A stretch of 64,000 bases of DNA from Chiloscyllium plagiosum (lineage: Eukaryota): positions 71,812,521 to 71,876,520 of the forward strand of contig NC_057711.1 in the NCBI RefSeq assembly GCF_004010195.1, in the 5' to 3' direction. The notes under the pieces are model-generated. The model ran no database searches. It was not told the DNA's origin and saw only the letters and a list, made by a program, of their open reading frames with translations. Made by a program: the position numbers and the translations under genes. The number at the start of each line of letters is the position of its first letter. Position 1 is the stretch's first letter. Shown here one piece after another: positions 63,915-64,000 of this stretch.

Positions 63915-64000
63915 TGACTAAAACATAGTTGGGCATGGATGATTTCTGGATTCAGTTAACTTGCTTTCCTTGGCTTATATCCAGTTACAGAAATGTTCCT

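Overview
This is a eukaryotic, repeat-dominated window with no recognisable host protein-coding exon, tRNA/rRNA gene or CRISPR array. The repeat content (HE1-like V-SINEs, HER1/CR1 LINEs with GACTCTAT-type tails) points to a shark or ray genome. This is an inference from recalled family motifs; no database search was run. Nearly all ORFs in the track are transposon fragments or chance frames. Contents: CR1 LINEs (one 5' end retains a zinc-finger/SGNH-esterase ORF1 and an open APE endonuclease), a second CR1/L2-group LINE with its partner SINE, L2 and L1-like 3' ends, old Deu/AmnSINE-like SINEs, decayed Harbinger, pogo and Gypsy coding remnants, a Tigger4-like MITE, a 450-N gap and several repeat-poor islands that look like conserved non-coding elements. 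The main signal is a dense set of Penelope-like elements (RT + GIY-YIG) from about four families whose pLTRs carry minimal hammerhead-ribozyme motifs. Several are ORF-less fold-back elements: two inverted pLTR arms with twin hammerheads, a one-sided tail of about 35 nt and 8-14 bp target-site duplications (TSDs). One has a younger Penelope inserted next to its hairpin axis. Coordinates of decayed elements are approximate.
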